Assembly: GCA_965221775.1 (NCBI GenBank)
Contig: CBDCSU010000004.1
Coordinates: 64,001-128,000 of the forward strand
Reading direction: 5' to 3'
DNA length: 64,000 nucleotides
From: Candidatus Latescibacterota bacterium
GTDB taxonomy: Bacteria; Latescibacterota; UBA2968; UBA8231
Numbering within the stretch: position 1 is the first letter of the stretch; each line of letters begins with the position of its first letter. Positions 29,379 to 38,318 of the stretch are shown here, one piece after another. Made by a program: the position numbers and the translations under genes. The notes below the pieces were generated by a model that saw only the letters and a list, made by a program, of their open reading frames with translations, was not told the DNA's origin and searched no databases.

Positions 29379-30644
29379 ATGTCCAACCACGAACGGGTGG
29401 GCGACAACGTCACCCGCCAGACCCACATCGCCCACGACGGGCGCCACGCCTTCTACGCCGGGGGGCAGACCTACGCCGGCGCCGGGGGCTCGGCGATTCT
29501 GGAGATGGTCACCACGGAGATGCTCCACTGGGTGACCCACGACGACGGCCGCACCACCCTCGACGCCTGCTACGACGGCACCTGGGTGCGCCGGTCCGAG
29601 GACAACGGCGCCACCTGGGAGGACGTGGAGGCCAAGGCGGCCTTCGATACGACCGTGGAAGGGGAGCAGCTCCTGCCCTGCGGCATGAGCCTCGACGAGA
29701 GGACCGACACCCTGGTGCGGTTCTACCGGGGGCAGAAGGCCGACAAGAGCTGCTACGGATACATCAACCAGGGCGCCTACCGGGTGTTCTACGCGATCTC
29801 GAAGGACCAGGGCGCCACCTGGAGCGATGTCATGCCGATCGTCGACCGCCGGCGCGGATTCGACGAGGAGCGCTGGGGCCCGGAGTTCGACTACGGGACC
29901 CGCGGCGCCATCCTCAACGGCGCCGCCTGCCGGTGGATGGACGACGGCTCCCTCATGGCCCCCTTCACCGGGTACGAGCGCCTCGACGGGACCCGGCCCT
30001 GGGACTTCCGCGTCATCTGCGCCCGGGGCGAGTGGAACGCCGGCCGCACCGCCCTCGAGTGGGAGTTCGGCAGCTACTTCGAGGTCGGCCCCGACCGGTC
30101 GACGGCGGGCTGCTGCGAGCCCTCCATCGCCTCCCTCGGCGGCGACCGCCTGTTCATGACCACCCGCTGCCAGGGGGGCGAGGCCCAAGGTCTGCACTCC
30201 ATCCGCTACACCGCCCTCTCCGAGGACGGGGGCATGACCTGGTCGGACCCGGAGCCCCTCCTCTACGACGACGGCTCGCCGGTGCACACGCCGGCCTCCT
30301 CCTCCGACTTCGTCACCACCTCCACGGGCCGGACCTGGTGGCTGGGCAACATCCTCGAGGCGCCGGTCTTCGCCCAGACGCCGCGCTACCCGCTCAAGCT
30401 GGCCCTCTTCGACCCCGGCCGCGCCTGCCTGGTGAGGGACTCGGTGCGCCTGATCCAGGACCGCCCCGAGGGGGCCCACGAGCTGGTGAGGTACACCAAC
30501 TTCGGCAGCTACGAAGAGAGGGGCACCGGCCGCCTCGTCGTCACCCTGCCCGAGCAGTACCGCTACAAGGGCTGGGACGAGATGGAGAAGCCGGAGGACT
30601 TCGCCGCCGACTGCATCAAGTACACGGTGGACCTGGAGGAGTAG
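29379..30644 (+). CDS. BNR/Asp-box sialidase-like beta-propeller
   Basis: Asp-boxes SEDNGATW, SKDQGATW, SEDGGMTW; CCEPSIA; PRYPL. Confidence 0.85.
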   Translation: MSNHERVGDNVTRQTHIAHDGRHAFYAGGQTYAGAGGSAILEMVTTEMLHWVTHDDGRTTLDACYDGTWVRRSEDNGATWEDVEAKAAFDTTVEGEQLLPCGMSLDERTDTLVRFYRGQKADKSCYGYINQGAYRVFYAISKDQGATWSDVMPIVDRRRGFDEERWGPEFDYGTRGAILNGAACRWMDDGSLMAPFTGYERLDGTRPWDFRVICARGEWNAGRTALEWEFGSYFEVGPDRSTAGCCEPSIASLGGDRLFMTTRCQGGEAQGLHSIRYTALSEDGGMTWSDPEPLLYDDGSPVHTPASSSDFVTTSTGRTWWLGNILEAPVFAQTPRYPLKLALFDPGRACLVRDSVRLIQDRPEGAHELVRYTNFGSYEERGTGRLVVTLPEQYRYKGWDEMEKPEDFAADCIKYTVDLEE

Positions 30645-30680
30645 AGGCGCGGCCCGTCCGGCGGTGGGCGGCGGTGCCAC

Positions 30681-30726
30681 TTGCCATCGGTATACCAATA
30701 GGTTATAAACCAAATGGTTTATAACC
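30681..30726 (+). promoter_or_regulatory. Sigma70 promoter with 12-bp-arm palindromic operator covering the -10 box
   Basis: TTGCCA(30681)-N17-TATAAA(30704); GGTTATAAACCA-aa-TGGTTTATAACC at 30701-30726. Confidence 0.8.
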
Positions 30727-30753
30727 AGGCCTTCTTATCTGGGAGTGGATCCG

Positions 30754-31872
30754 ATGCTGCCCTTCCGCACGGGCATGAAGGTGACGGGCAGGGAGTTCTG
30801 CGGCCGCCGCAACGAGGTCGCCCAGCTGCGGCAGTACATGCAGTCCGCCGGCCGTGTGTACGTGGTCGGCGAGCGGCGCATCGGCAAGACCTCGCTGATC
30901 TTCGAGGCCGGGCGCCGTCTCACGGGCCGGCGCCTGGTCTACGCCGACCTGATGGCGATCAAGTCGGTGTCGGACCTGTCCCAGCGGCTGGCCCAGGCCG
31001 TGGTCCAGGCCGAACGGCAGGAGTCCGGTGTCATGACCCTCCTCCGATCGCTGGCGGCCCTGCGACCGACGATCTCGGTGGATCCCGCCACCAACCTGCC
31101 CACGGTCGGCTTCGAGGCGGGCAGCGGCGACCGGCCGGAGACGCTGGACGGCATCTTCGCCTTGCTGGGCTCGTGGGAGGCCCCCGTCATCGTCCTCGAC
31201 GAGTTCCAGGACATCCTCTCCCTTCCCGCGGAAGAAGCGGTGGTGGCGAGACTTCGCGGACTCGTGCAACAGCAGGAAGGCCCGGCCTTCGTGTTCTGCG
31301 GCAGTCAGCGGCGGGCCATGGAGACGATCTTCACCGACCGCGGCTCCCCGTTCTTCCACGCCGCCATGCGCCTGCACGTGGGGCCCATCGAGCGGCGCAG
31401 CTTCCGCCGCTTCCTGGAGCGCAAGTTCCTCGCGGCGGAGCGCCGCCTGGAGGCCGGGCTTCTGGACATCATCCTGGACGCATGCCACGACAACCCGGGG
31501 GACACGCAGCGCTTCTGCACCGCCCTCTGGCAGGTGACGGGCGCCGGGCAGGTCATCTCCCGGGACGACCTGGCGGCGGCCTGGAGCGCGATCTACGCCA
31601 TGCAGAGCGACCAGTACGAGTTGGTGATGCAGAGCCTGAGCCGCCAGCAGGCCGATGTCCTGCGAGCCCTGAGCCGGTCCGGGGGCGAGTCGAACCTGAG
31701 CCGGGACTTCGTGGCGAGCACGGGCATCCCTCTGCTGCCGTCCGTGGCCAAGGCCATGCAGGGTCTCGTGAGCAAGCGCATCGTGGCGAAGGTGGGTACG
31801 AGATACCGCGTCGCCGATCCCTTTCTGGGCGCCTGGCTGGCGCGCGAGGGCCGGGCGCCCTACACCCAGTAG
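30754..31872 (+). CDS. AAA/archaeal-type ATPase with C-terminal winged helix
   Basis: FCGRRNE, Walker A GERRIGKTS, Walker B IVLDEFQ, FCGS, C-terminal SVAKAMQGLVSKRIV..YRVADPFL. Confidence 0.85.
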   Translation: MLPFRTGMKVTGREFCGRRNEVAQLRQYMQSAGRVYVVGERRIGKTSLIFEAGRRLTGRRLVYADLMAIKSVSDLSQRLAQAVVQAERQESGVMTLLRSLAALRPTISVDPATNLPTVGFEAGSGDRPETLDGIFALLGSWEAPVIVLDEFQDILSLPAEEAVVARLRGLVQQQEGPAFVFCGSQRRAMETIFTDRGSPFFHAAMRLHVGPIERRSFRRFLERKFLAAERRLEAGLLDIILDACHDNPGDTQRFCTALWQVTGAGQVISRDDLAAAWSAIYAMQSDQYELVMQSLSRQQADVLRALSRSGGESNLSRDFVASTGIPLLPSVAKAMQGLVSKRIVAKVGTRYRVADPFLGAWLAREGRAPYTQ

Positions 31873-33863
31873 AGGCCGTGGCCCTGGGCGCCGGTGATGA
31901 CGTCGATGGCCAGCCAGAAGGCGATGACGGCGAACTGGCCGAGGATGAAGCCGAGGAAGAAGGGGCGCACCCGGCGCAGCAGGTTGGGGCCGCCGTAGCG
32001 GATCAGGCAGGCCTTGACCATCCACACCAGGAAGACGCTGAACCACATGTGACGGGTGAGCATCATCTGCGACACCGCCAGCCCCATGGGATGGACGGGG
32101 AAGGAGAGGACGTGGGCGCGCACCCAGTAGAGGGCGAGCATGACCGCCGCGCCCAACCCGATCAGTCCCATGCCGGCCAGGTCGGGGCCGACGGGCTCGC
32201 GCAGGTAGCGGGCGGCGAAGTCGATGGTGTACCGGGGGCCGCTGAGGAAGAACCAGGCGTTGGCGTTGTTGGCCCCGGTCTGGTAGGCGTAGTAGAGGGT
32301 GGTCCACACCGAGATCCCCAGCCCGAGGACCACGGCCAGGATCATGCTCCACAGCAGGACGCCCTTGCGGGTCACCGACTCGGCCACCTTCAGGCCGTTG
32401 GCGGCCGAGGCCATGACGAAGGTGCGCACGTCGCTCATCCACACCTGGCCCAGGGCGAGCACGGTCACCGCCCCCGGACCGCCGAGCCAGGCGGTGCCGT
32501 ACGCCGTGCGCACCACGGTGGGCGTGATCAGCTGGGCCCGCGTCGCCGCCAGGCCCGACTCGCAGAGGATGCGGGTGATGCCCAGGAAGGTGGCCGCCGC
32601 CACCAGCACGAAGGTCACCGACGCCCACCAAGGCACCCCCGCGGCGATGAACCACCCCGTCATCAGCACCAGCCCCAGGATCAGCTGCCCGTAGACGCTG
32701 CGCATGGAGAACTCGCCGGGGTCGCCGCCTCCGCCCCGGAAGACCGAGCGCCAAGTCTGTCCCAGGTACCCCCGCGCCGTCCACAGGGCGTAGCCGGTGA
32801 GGGCCATGAGGGCGCCGAACTGCAGGTACGAGAGGATGGGACCGCCGTCGCTCTGGGCGTAGATGTCCAGGTTGAGGGTGCGCGTCAGGCCGATGTAGGT
32901 GAGGTAGCCCTTGAGGGCGTAGCCGAGCAGGTAGAACAGCCAGATGCTCAGGGTCACCTCCTGGTGGGTCAGGTAGGCGAAGCCCATCATGGGAAAGCTG
33001 ACGACCACCGAGAGGGACTCGAGGTTGGGCAGAATGGGGATGCTCGCCGACAGGCTGACGCCGGGGATGAAGTGGTGGTAGGCGTGGAGCCCGTTCATGG
33101 AGGTGACGATGAAGGGCACGGCGAAGCCCGCCCACATGACGGGGTTGCGGAAGAAGGCGTTGAGGGCCCGGCCCCGCTCCTGGGAGCACATGACCAGGGG
33201 CAGCTGGGCCAGGGGATAGGCGAGGCGCTCGTGCTCCATCCACTGGCGGCGGAAGAGCACGGCGAGGGAGATCATCACCAGGTAGAGGCCGAGGAGGACG
33301 GGGACCCAGGCCAGCAGCGGCTTGACCCACACCATCCACGGGATCGCCTCGCCCCGCGCCACCCCCTCGTAGAACCCCTGGATGGCGTCGTCGCCCTGGG
33401 GCACCAGCCAGTGGGGGACGTAGGGCTGGATGTCCTGGGCCCACTCGTTCTCCGGGGTGGCCAGGTAGTAGATCGCCGGCAAGATGGGGATCAGGTAGAG
33501 GGTCAGCCCCATGGTGCAGATCGAGCAGGCGATCGCCGCCATCAGGTAGGTGATCGACAGCTCGCCCGTGGTCAGGGAGAAGGAGGGGAGCAGCCGCCGC
33601 AGGGCGGTGTTGGCCACCAGGGCCAGGAGGAAGAGGAGGAGGATGGCGGCGGCGGTGGTGAAGTCGATGGTCAGGTACGAGCCGCGCACCATCAGGCTGT
33701 TGTAGGGCCCCCAGAAAGCGACGGCGGCGCTCAGCAGCGAGCCCGCCAGCAGGGCCCGCGCCGGGCGCACGTACCCCGGGGACTCGGGGCCGGCCTCCGG
33801 CGCCTGTCCGGTGCGCTGGCGGAAGGCCTCGACGGCGGCGGAGGCGGCGGTCCGGGTGGTCAA
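31860..33863 (-). CDS. DUF6785/DUF6784-type polytopic membrane protein (putative peptide transporter)
   Basis: RRQWMEHERLAYPLAQLP, FPVHPMG, WFSVFLVWMVKACLIRYGG..RVRPFFLGFILG; many TM segments. Confidence 0.8.
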   Translation of the reverse strand: MTTRTAASAAVEAFRQRTGQAPEAGPESPGYVRPARALLAGSLLSAAVAFWGPYNSLMVRGSYLTIDFTTAAAILLLFLLALVANTALRRLLPSFSLTTGELSITYLMAAIACSICTMGLTLYLIPILPAIYYLATPENEWAQDIQPYVPHWLVPQGDDAIQGFYEGVARGEAIPWMVWVKPLLAWVPVLLGLYLVMISLAVLFRRQWMEHERLAYPLAQLPLVMCSQERGRALNAFFRNPVMWAGFAVPFIVTSMNGLHAYHHFIPGVSLSASIPILPNLESLSVVVSFPMMGFAYLTHQEVTLSIWLFYLLGYALKGYLTYIGLTRTLNLDIYAQSDGGPILSYLQFGALMALTGYALWTARGYLGQTWRSVFRGGGGDPGEFSMRSVYGQLILGLVLMTGWFIAAGVPWWASVTFVLVAAATFLGITRILCESGLAATRAQLITPTVVRTAYGTAWLGGPGAVTVLALGQVWMSDVRTFVMASAANGLKVAESVTRKGVLLWSMILAVVLGLGISVWTTLYYAYQTGANNANAWFFLSGPRYTIDFAARYLREPVGPDLAGMGLIGLGAAVMLALYWVRAHVLSFPVHPMGLAVSQMMLTRHMWFSVFLVWMVKACLIRYGGPNLLRRVRPFFLGFILGQFAVIAFWLAIDVITGAQGHGLYWV

Positions 33864-33950
33864 GGGCGCTCCGGCGGGAGGGGGTCTGCCGGGCGGTGTC
33901 CGGGTCCGTCAGGTTGGCCGGCCGGCTTTCCACGGAAGCCTTCAGGCCGT

Positions 33951-33975
33951 AATTTGGAGGCGAAACCTCCAAATT
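33951..33975 (+). promoter_or_regulatory. Palindromic operator immediately upstream of the AAA-DUF4143 gene
   Basis: AATTTGGAGG-cgaaa-CCTCCAAATT (perfect 10-bp arms), overlapping a TAATTT -10-like box at 33950, ending 10 bp before the ATG. Confidence 0.7.
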
Positions 33976-33985
33976 TGGACCGAAA

Positions 33986-35137
33986 ATGGAGATCATACAG
34001 CGATTCTTCCGTCCGCCGGAGGGCAGCTTCTTTCTCTTCGGCCCCCGCGGCACCGGCAAGTCGACCTGGCTCCGCCAGCGGTTCCCGGAAGCGCTCTGGG
34101 TGGATCTGCTCCAGCCCGACGTCCATCGAGACCTCCTGGCCCGCCCCGAGCGCCTGCGAGACCTCGTCCTGGCCGCCGAGGGACGGCCCGTCGTCATCGA
34201 CGAGGTGCAGAAGGCGCCGGAGCTGCTCGATGTCGTCCACGCCCTCATCGACTCCAGGGGCACCGTCTTCGCCCTCACCGGCTCCAGCGCCCGCAAGATC
34301 CGCCGGGCCGGCGTCGACCTGCTCGGCGGCCGGGCGGCGCGGCGCATCATGCCTCCCTTCATGGCGGCCGAGCTGGGCGGCCGCTTCGACCTCCAGCGCG
34401 CCCTTCGCGAGGGCATGCTGCCCCTCGTGTGGGGCTCCCCCGAGGGCCCGGACGCGCTGCGGGCCTATGCCTCCCTCTACCTTCGTGAGGAGGTCCAGGC
34501 CGAAGGACTGGTGCGCAACATCGGCCAGTTCTCGCGTTTCCTCGAGGCGATCTCCTTCGCCCACGGCGGTCTGCTGAACATCACCAACCTGGCCCGCGAC
34601 TGCGCCGTGGGACGCAAGACCGCCGAGGGCTACGTGGAGATCCTGGAGGACTTGCTCCTCGCCTTCCGTCTGCCCGTCTTCCGCCGCCGCGCCGCCCGCC
34701 GGGTCACGGCCCGGCCTAAGCTCTACCTCTTCGACGCCGGCGTCTTCCGCTCCCTGCGGCCCACGGGTCCTCTCGACCGTCCCGAGGAGATCGAAGGCGG
34801 CGCCCTCGAAGGTCTGGTGGCCCAACATCTGCGGGCCTGGGTCGACCTGACCCCGGAGGAGCACAGCCTCTCCTTCTGGCGCACCCCCTCCGGGACCGAG
34901 GTCGACTTCGTGGTCTACGGCGAGCAGGGGCTGTGGGCCTTCGAGGTCAAGAGCACGGCGGCGGTGCGAGGCTCGGACCTGCGGGGCCTGCGCGCGTTCT
35001 GCGAGGACTACCCCGAGGCCCGGCCCGTTCACCTGTACCGCGGGGCGGACCGCCTCCACGTGGACGGCGTTCTGTGCCTGCCCGTGGACGAGTTCCTCCG
35101 GCAACTGAGACCGGGGCGCCCGCCCTGGCCGGACTAG
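33986..35137 (+). CDS. AAA_14 ATPase with DUF4143 and PD-(D/E)XK-like C-terminus
   Basis: GPRGTGKST, VIDEVQK, LTGSS, PKLYLFDAG, FWRT..EVDFV..FEVK. Confidence 0.9.
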   Translation: MEIIQRFFRPPEGSFFLFGPRGTGKSTWLRQRFPEALWVDLLQPDVHRDLLARPERLRDLVLAAEGRPVVIDEVQKAPELLDVVHALIDSRGTVFALTGSSARKIRRAGVDLLGGRAARRIMPPFMAAELGGRFDLQRALREGMLPLVWGSPEGPDALRAYASLYLREEVQAEGLVRNIGQFSRFLEAISFAHGGLLNITNLARDCAVGRKTAEGYVEILEDLLLAFRLPVFRRRAARRVTARPKLYLFDAGVFRSLRPTGPLDRPEEIEGGALEGLVAQHLRAWVDLTPEEHSLSFWRTPSGTEVDFVVYGEQGLWAFEVKSTAAVRGSDLRGLRAFCEDYPEARPVHLYRGADRLHVDGVLCLPVDEFLRQLRPGRPPWPD

Positions 35138-35226
35138 CCGCCGGCGCGGGTCTTTCCCCTGACGGCCGCAGCCCCCGGGGGCCGACCGGCCATCCGCCGC
35201 AGCTCTCTTCAAGGGGTCCCCTTCCC

Positions 35227-36249
35227 TCAGAACCCGAGGACCATGACCCAGAACGGCGAGTCGCCCACCTCGCGCTCGTCGAACTCTTCCAGGCCGCCGG
35301 CATCCGGGTCGACGCGGAAGGAGCGCATGCGGCCGGCGGTCTCGCCGGCGCAGTAGCAGAACCGCCCCGTGGGATCGATGTTGAAGGAGCGCGGGCTCGA
35401 CGGCACGGGGAAGTGGCCGAAGGGGCTCAGGCCGCCGTCGGCGGCGATCTCGAAGCCGGCGATGCTGTCCCCGGGGCCGCGGTTGGAGGCGTAGGCCCAG
35501 CGGCCGTTGGGGTGGACCTCCACGTGGGCCGTGTGGCTCACCTCGCCGTAGCCCTCGGGCAGGGTGGAGACCTCCTGCACCGGCTCGAGGGTGCCGGACT
35601 CGCCGTCGTAGCGGTGCACGGTGACCGTGTTGCCCTGCTCGTTGACGGTGTAGACGATCCCGCCGCCGGGGCCGAAGCACATGTGCCGGGGGCCGGTGTA
35701 CTCCTCGGCGGGGACGACCTCGAAGGGCTCGTTGGGGGTCAGCCGGCCCGTGGCGGCGTCGTAGCGGAACTGGGAGGTCTTGTTGTTCGGGCAGACGTGG
35801 GGGATGAAGACGAAGCGGTCGTCGTCGAGGAGCACGGCGTGGGCCTTCGGACCCGTGTCGACGTACTCCACCTGCTCGCCGATGGAGCCGTCCTCGGAGA
35901 CGCGGTGCACGGTGACGCCGCCGCCGGTGTAGTAGCTGGCGATCAGGTGGCGCCCGGCGCCGTCGGTGATCGCCAGGGCCGGCGTCGCCAGGCCGGTGTC
36001 GACGGTGTTGACGTGGTGCAGGGCGCCGGTGGCGGTGTCGAGGCGGTAGCTCGACAGCTCCGTGGACTGCACGTGGGCGCCGTAGACCATGCTCGTGGAC
36101 CGGTGAAGGTGCAGGGAGCCGATGGGGCCCTGGGCGTCGCTGGAGGCGCTCAGCTCCAGGGCGCCCGTGGCCGGGTCCATCGACCAGGCCTGGATCTGCC
36201 GGTCGCCGGTGAGGGCGACGAAGACGAAGTAGCGGGATGCGTCCGCCAT
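35227..36249 (-). CDS. Lactonase family beta-propeller (6-phosphogluconolactonase-like)
   Basis: KAHAV, GPRHMCF, HPNGRWAYASNRG, PRSFNIDPTG. Confidence 0.9.
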   Translation of the reverse strand: MADASRYFVFVALTGDRQIQAWSMDPATGALELSASSDAQGPIGSLHLHRSTSMVYGAHVQSTELSSYRLDTATGALHHVNTVDTGLATPALAITDGAGRHLIASYYTGGGVTVHRVSEDGSIGEQVEYVDTGPKAHAVLLDDDRFVFIPHVCPNNKTSQFRYDAATGRLTPNEPFEVVPAEEYTGPRHMCFGPGGGIVYTVNEQGNTVTVHRYDGESGTLEPVQEVSTLPEGYGEVSHTAHVEVHPNGRWAYASNRGPGDSIAGFEIAADGGLSPFGHFPVPSSPRSFNIDPTGRFCYCAGETAGRMRSFRVDPDAGGLEEFDEREVGDSPFWVMVLGF

Positions 36250-36389
36250 GAGATGGCCTTTCCGGGTTGGGTGGTGCCGGCGATGCTTGGGATCGTTTGA
36301 GAAGAGACTCAAACTACGACGACCCCGGAGGGCCCCGCCACGCGGGCCCCGCCCCGGCCGAGCCCGACACCGCAAGGAAAGCCGAGCGC

Positions 36390-38234
36390 ATGAGCGGACA
36401 GCTGCCACCCGGCGCCGACCTGGACCGTCTCGAGGACCAGGCCCGGCGTCTGCACAGGGCCCACCGCTCCGCCAGCCCCTTCGTGACCGGGCGCCTGCGC
36501 CGGCACCTGCCGCGGTTCACGGGAGCCCCCGACCACGAGATCCGCTCGGCGTCGCTGCCGCTGCGCGACGCCCGCCAGGTGATCGCCCGCGAGCTGGGGT
36601 TCCGCGGCTGGTCCAGCCTCGAGCGCCGGGCCGGGGCGAAAGGCGGCGACTCCCGCAACCCGCGGGCGGAAGTCGGCACCCGTCTCGCCCCGTACGAGCG
36701 CCAGGCCGCCGATCTGCACGCCCGCCACCGTGAGGGCTGCCTCGACCAGGCGCGGCACGACGTCGCCCGCCGCCACGGATTCCATACCTGGTGGCGGCTG
36801 GTGGCCGCCGTCGACCGGGCGCGGCAGGCGCCCCTGCCCGTGCGTGCCTGTCCGTCCGATCCTGCGTGGGATCTCAAGCGCGAGGCCCGGGAGCTGCTGA
36901 AGGCCGCCCGCGGCGGCAGCCCCGCCGCCCTGCAGCGATTCCGCGACAGCCTCCTGCCCTTCGCCGAAACCCCCGACGACGAGCTGGCCGCGGCCGTCGT
37001 CCTGCGCCAGGCGCGCTACGTCCTCGAAGCGGAGTACCGCGGCGACCCGGAGGCCCAGCGCGAGACCCCGGCCCAGGTGCGGGCCTGGCGCGAGCGGCTG
37101 TGGGCGTCCCACGACCGGCAGGCGTCGTCGCGGCGCACGCGGGCGCAGATGTCCTTGAGGGAGCAGGCCTTCGTCGAGGCCGCCATGGGCGACTGGCGCC
37201 GCCCGCACCGGGCCTCCCTGCCGCGCCTGCGGGCCCTGGCCGCGGAGGATTCCGCCCTGATCGCCGGCGCCGGTCCCGCGGCCCTGGCCCGGGCCCTCTC
37301 CTGGGAGGGCGGCGAGCCGATCGTGCGCTTCCTCCTGGAGCAGGGGGCCCGCCTCGACCACGAGCCCGGCACCTTCGGCCCCCTGGACGGGGCCGTCTGG
37401 ACCGGCTGCCTGGAGAGCGTGCGCCTGCTGCTGGAGGCCGGCGGCGCCCCGGACCCCGCCGAGGCGGCGGTGGAGCCGCCCCACGGCGGCCTCGCCTCCC
37501 ACCGCACGCCGCTGCACACCGCCGCCTGGCTGGCCCAGCCCGAGATGACGGAGGTCCTGCTGGAGCACGGCGCCGCCCGCACCATTGAGGCGCGGCTGGG
37601 GGAGGACGGCTCCACGCCCCTGCAGCGGGCCGTCCTGGCCAACAACTGGCCCACCACCGACCCCTGGGCCCGGCGCGACCCCAACGGCCGGTCGAACCAC
37701 CGCAGCGGCCGCGAGGTGGCGGCCCTGCTGCTGGAGTACGGCGCCCGCTACGACATCTGGTCCGCCTGCGGGCTCGACGACGCCTGGCGGGTGGAGCAGT
37801 TGCTCCGGGAGGATCCGGCGCTGGTGAGGGCCGGAGACCCCAGCGGGTTCACGCCCCTCCACTGGGCGGCGAAGCAGGGCGCCCTCGAATGCGCCCGGAT
37901 GCTCCTCGACGTCGGCGCCGACGTCAACGCCGACTCGAACTCGCTGAAGATGCCCCTGCACCAGGCCGCGGTGGCCCACCAGAACATGGTTCTCCTGCCA
38001 TCGAACGTGGACCTCATGGCCCTGCTCATCGAGGCGGGGGCCGACGTCGACGCTCGGGACTCCAAGGGCCGCACGCCGCTGTTTCTCGCCTGCCAGGGCG
38101 GGTACGACCTGAACGCCGGGTACCTGATCCTCCTCGGCGCGAGGACCACGATCCGCAACCGCAAGGGCAAGTCGCCGCTGGATGTGGCGGCGAAGGGGTG
38201 TCGCTATCTGAAGGGCGGACAACGCGGCATATAG
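36390..38234 (+). CDS. Ankyrin repeat protein with repeated N-terminal helical motifs (L..QAR.L ... ARE.GF..W)
   Basis: LDRLEDQARRL..IARELGFRGW, VARRHGFHTW, LKREARELL; ankyrin RTPLHTAA, FTPLHWAA, GRTPLFLA. Confidence 0.85.
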   Translation: MSGQLPPGADLDRLEDQARRLHRAHRSASPFVTGRLRRHLPRFTGAPDHEIRSASLPLRDARQVIARELGFRGWSSLERRAGAKGGDSRNPRAEVGTRLAPYERQAADLHARHREGCLDQARHDVARRHGFHTWWRLVAAVDRARQAPLPVRACPSDPAWDLKREARELLKAARGGSPAALQRFRDSLLPFAETPDDELAAAVVLRQARYVLEAEYRGDPEAQRETPAQVRAWRERLWASHDRQASSRRTRAQMSLREQAFVEAAMGDWRRPHRASLPRLRALAAEDSALIAGAGPAALARALSWEGGEPIVRFLLEQGARLDHEPGTFGPLDGAVWTGCLESVRLLLEAGGAPDPAEAAVEPPHGGLASHRTPLHTAAWLAQPEMTEVLLEHGAARTIEARLGEDGSTPLQRAVLANNWPTTDPWARRDPNGRSNHRSGREVAALLLEYGARYDIWSACGLDDAWRVEQLLREDPALVRAGDPSGFTPLHWAAKQGALECARMLLDVGADVNADSNSLKMPLHQAAVAHQNMVLLPSNVDLMALLIEAGADVDARDSKGRTPLFLACQGGYDLNAGYLILLGARTTIRNRKGKSPLDVAAKGCRYLKGGQRGI

Positions 38235-38250
38235 CACCTGTTATACCGGG

Positions 38251-38279
38251 TTGCGAAATCAGAGCTCCATGGGTACACT
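38251..38279 (+). promoter_or_regulatory. Putative sigma70 promoter of the defence island
   Basis: TTGCGA(38251)-N17-TACACT(38274), 40 bp before the HTH-SNF2 start. Confidence 0.6.
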
Positions 38280-38318
38280 CTGCCGTAACAGAATCTACCA
38301 CAGAACGATAGAGGCAGA

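Noticed and set aside
30703-34577. 1237-aa and 1287-aa ORFs spanning three genes
   Set aside because: Off-frame shadows of the AAA, DUF6785-type and DUF4143 genes.
24261-35200. GC-rich intergenic motifs resembling GCATCCGCCCGCCGGCGG (~24261, ~27429, ~33870, ~35138) as a REP family
   Set aside because: Similarity is too loose to establish by eye in DNA of this GC content.
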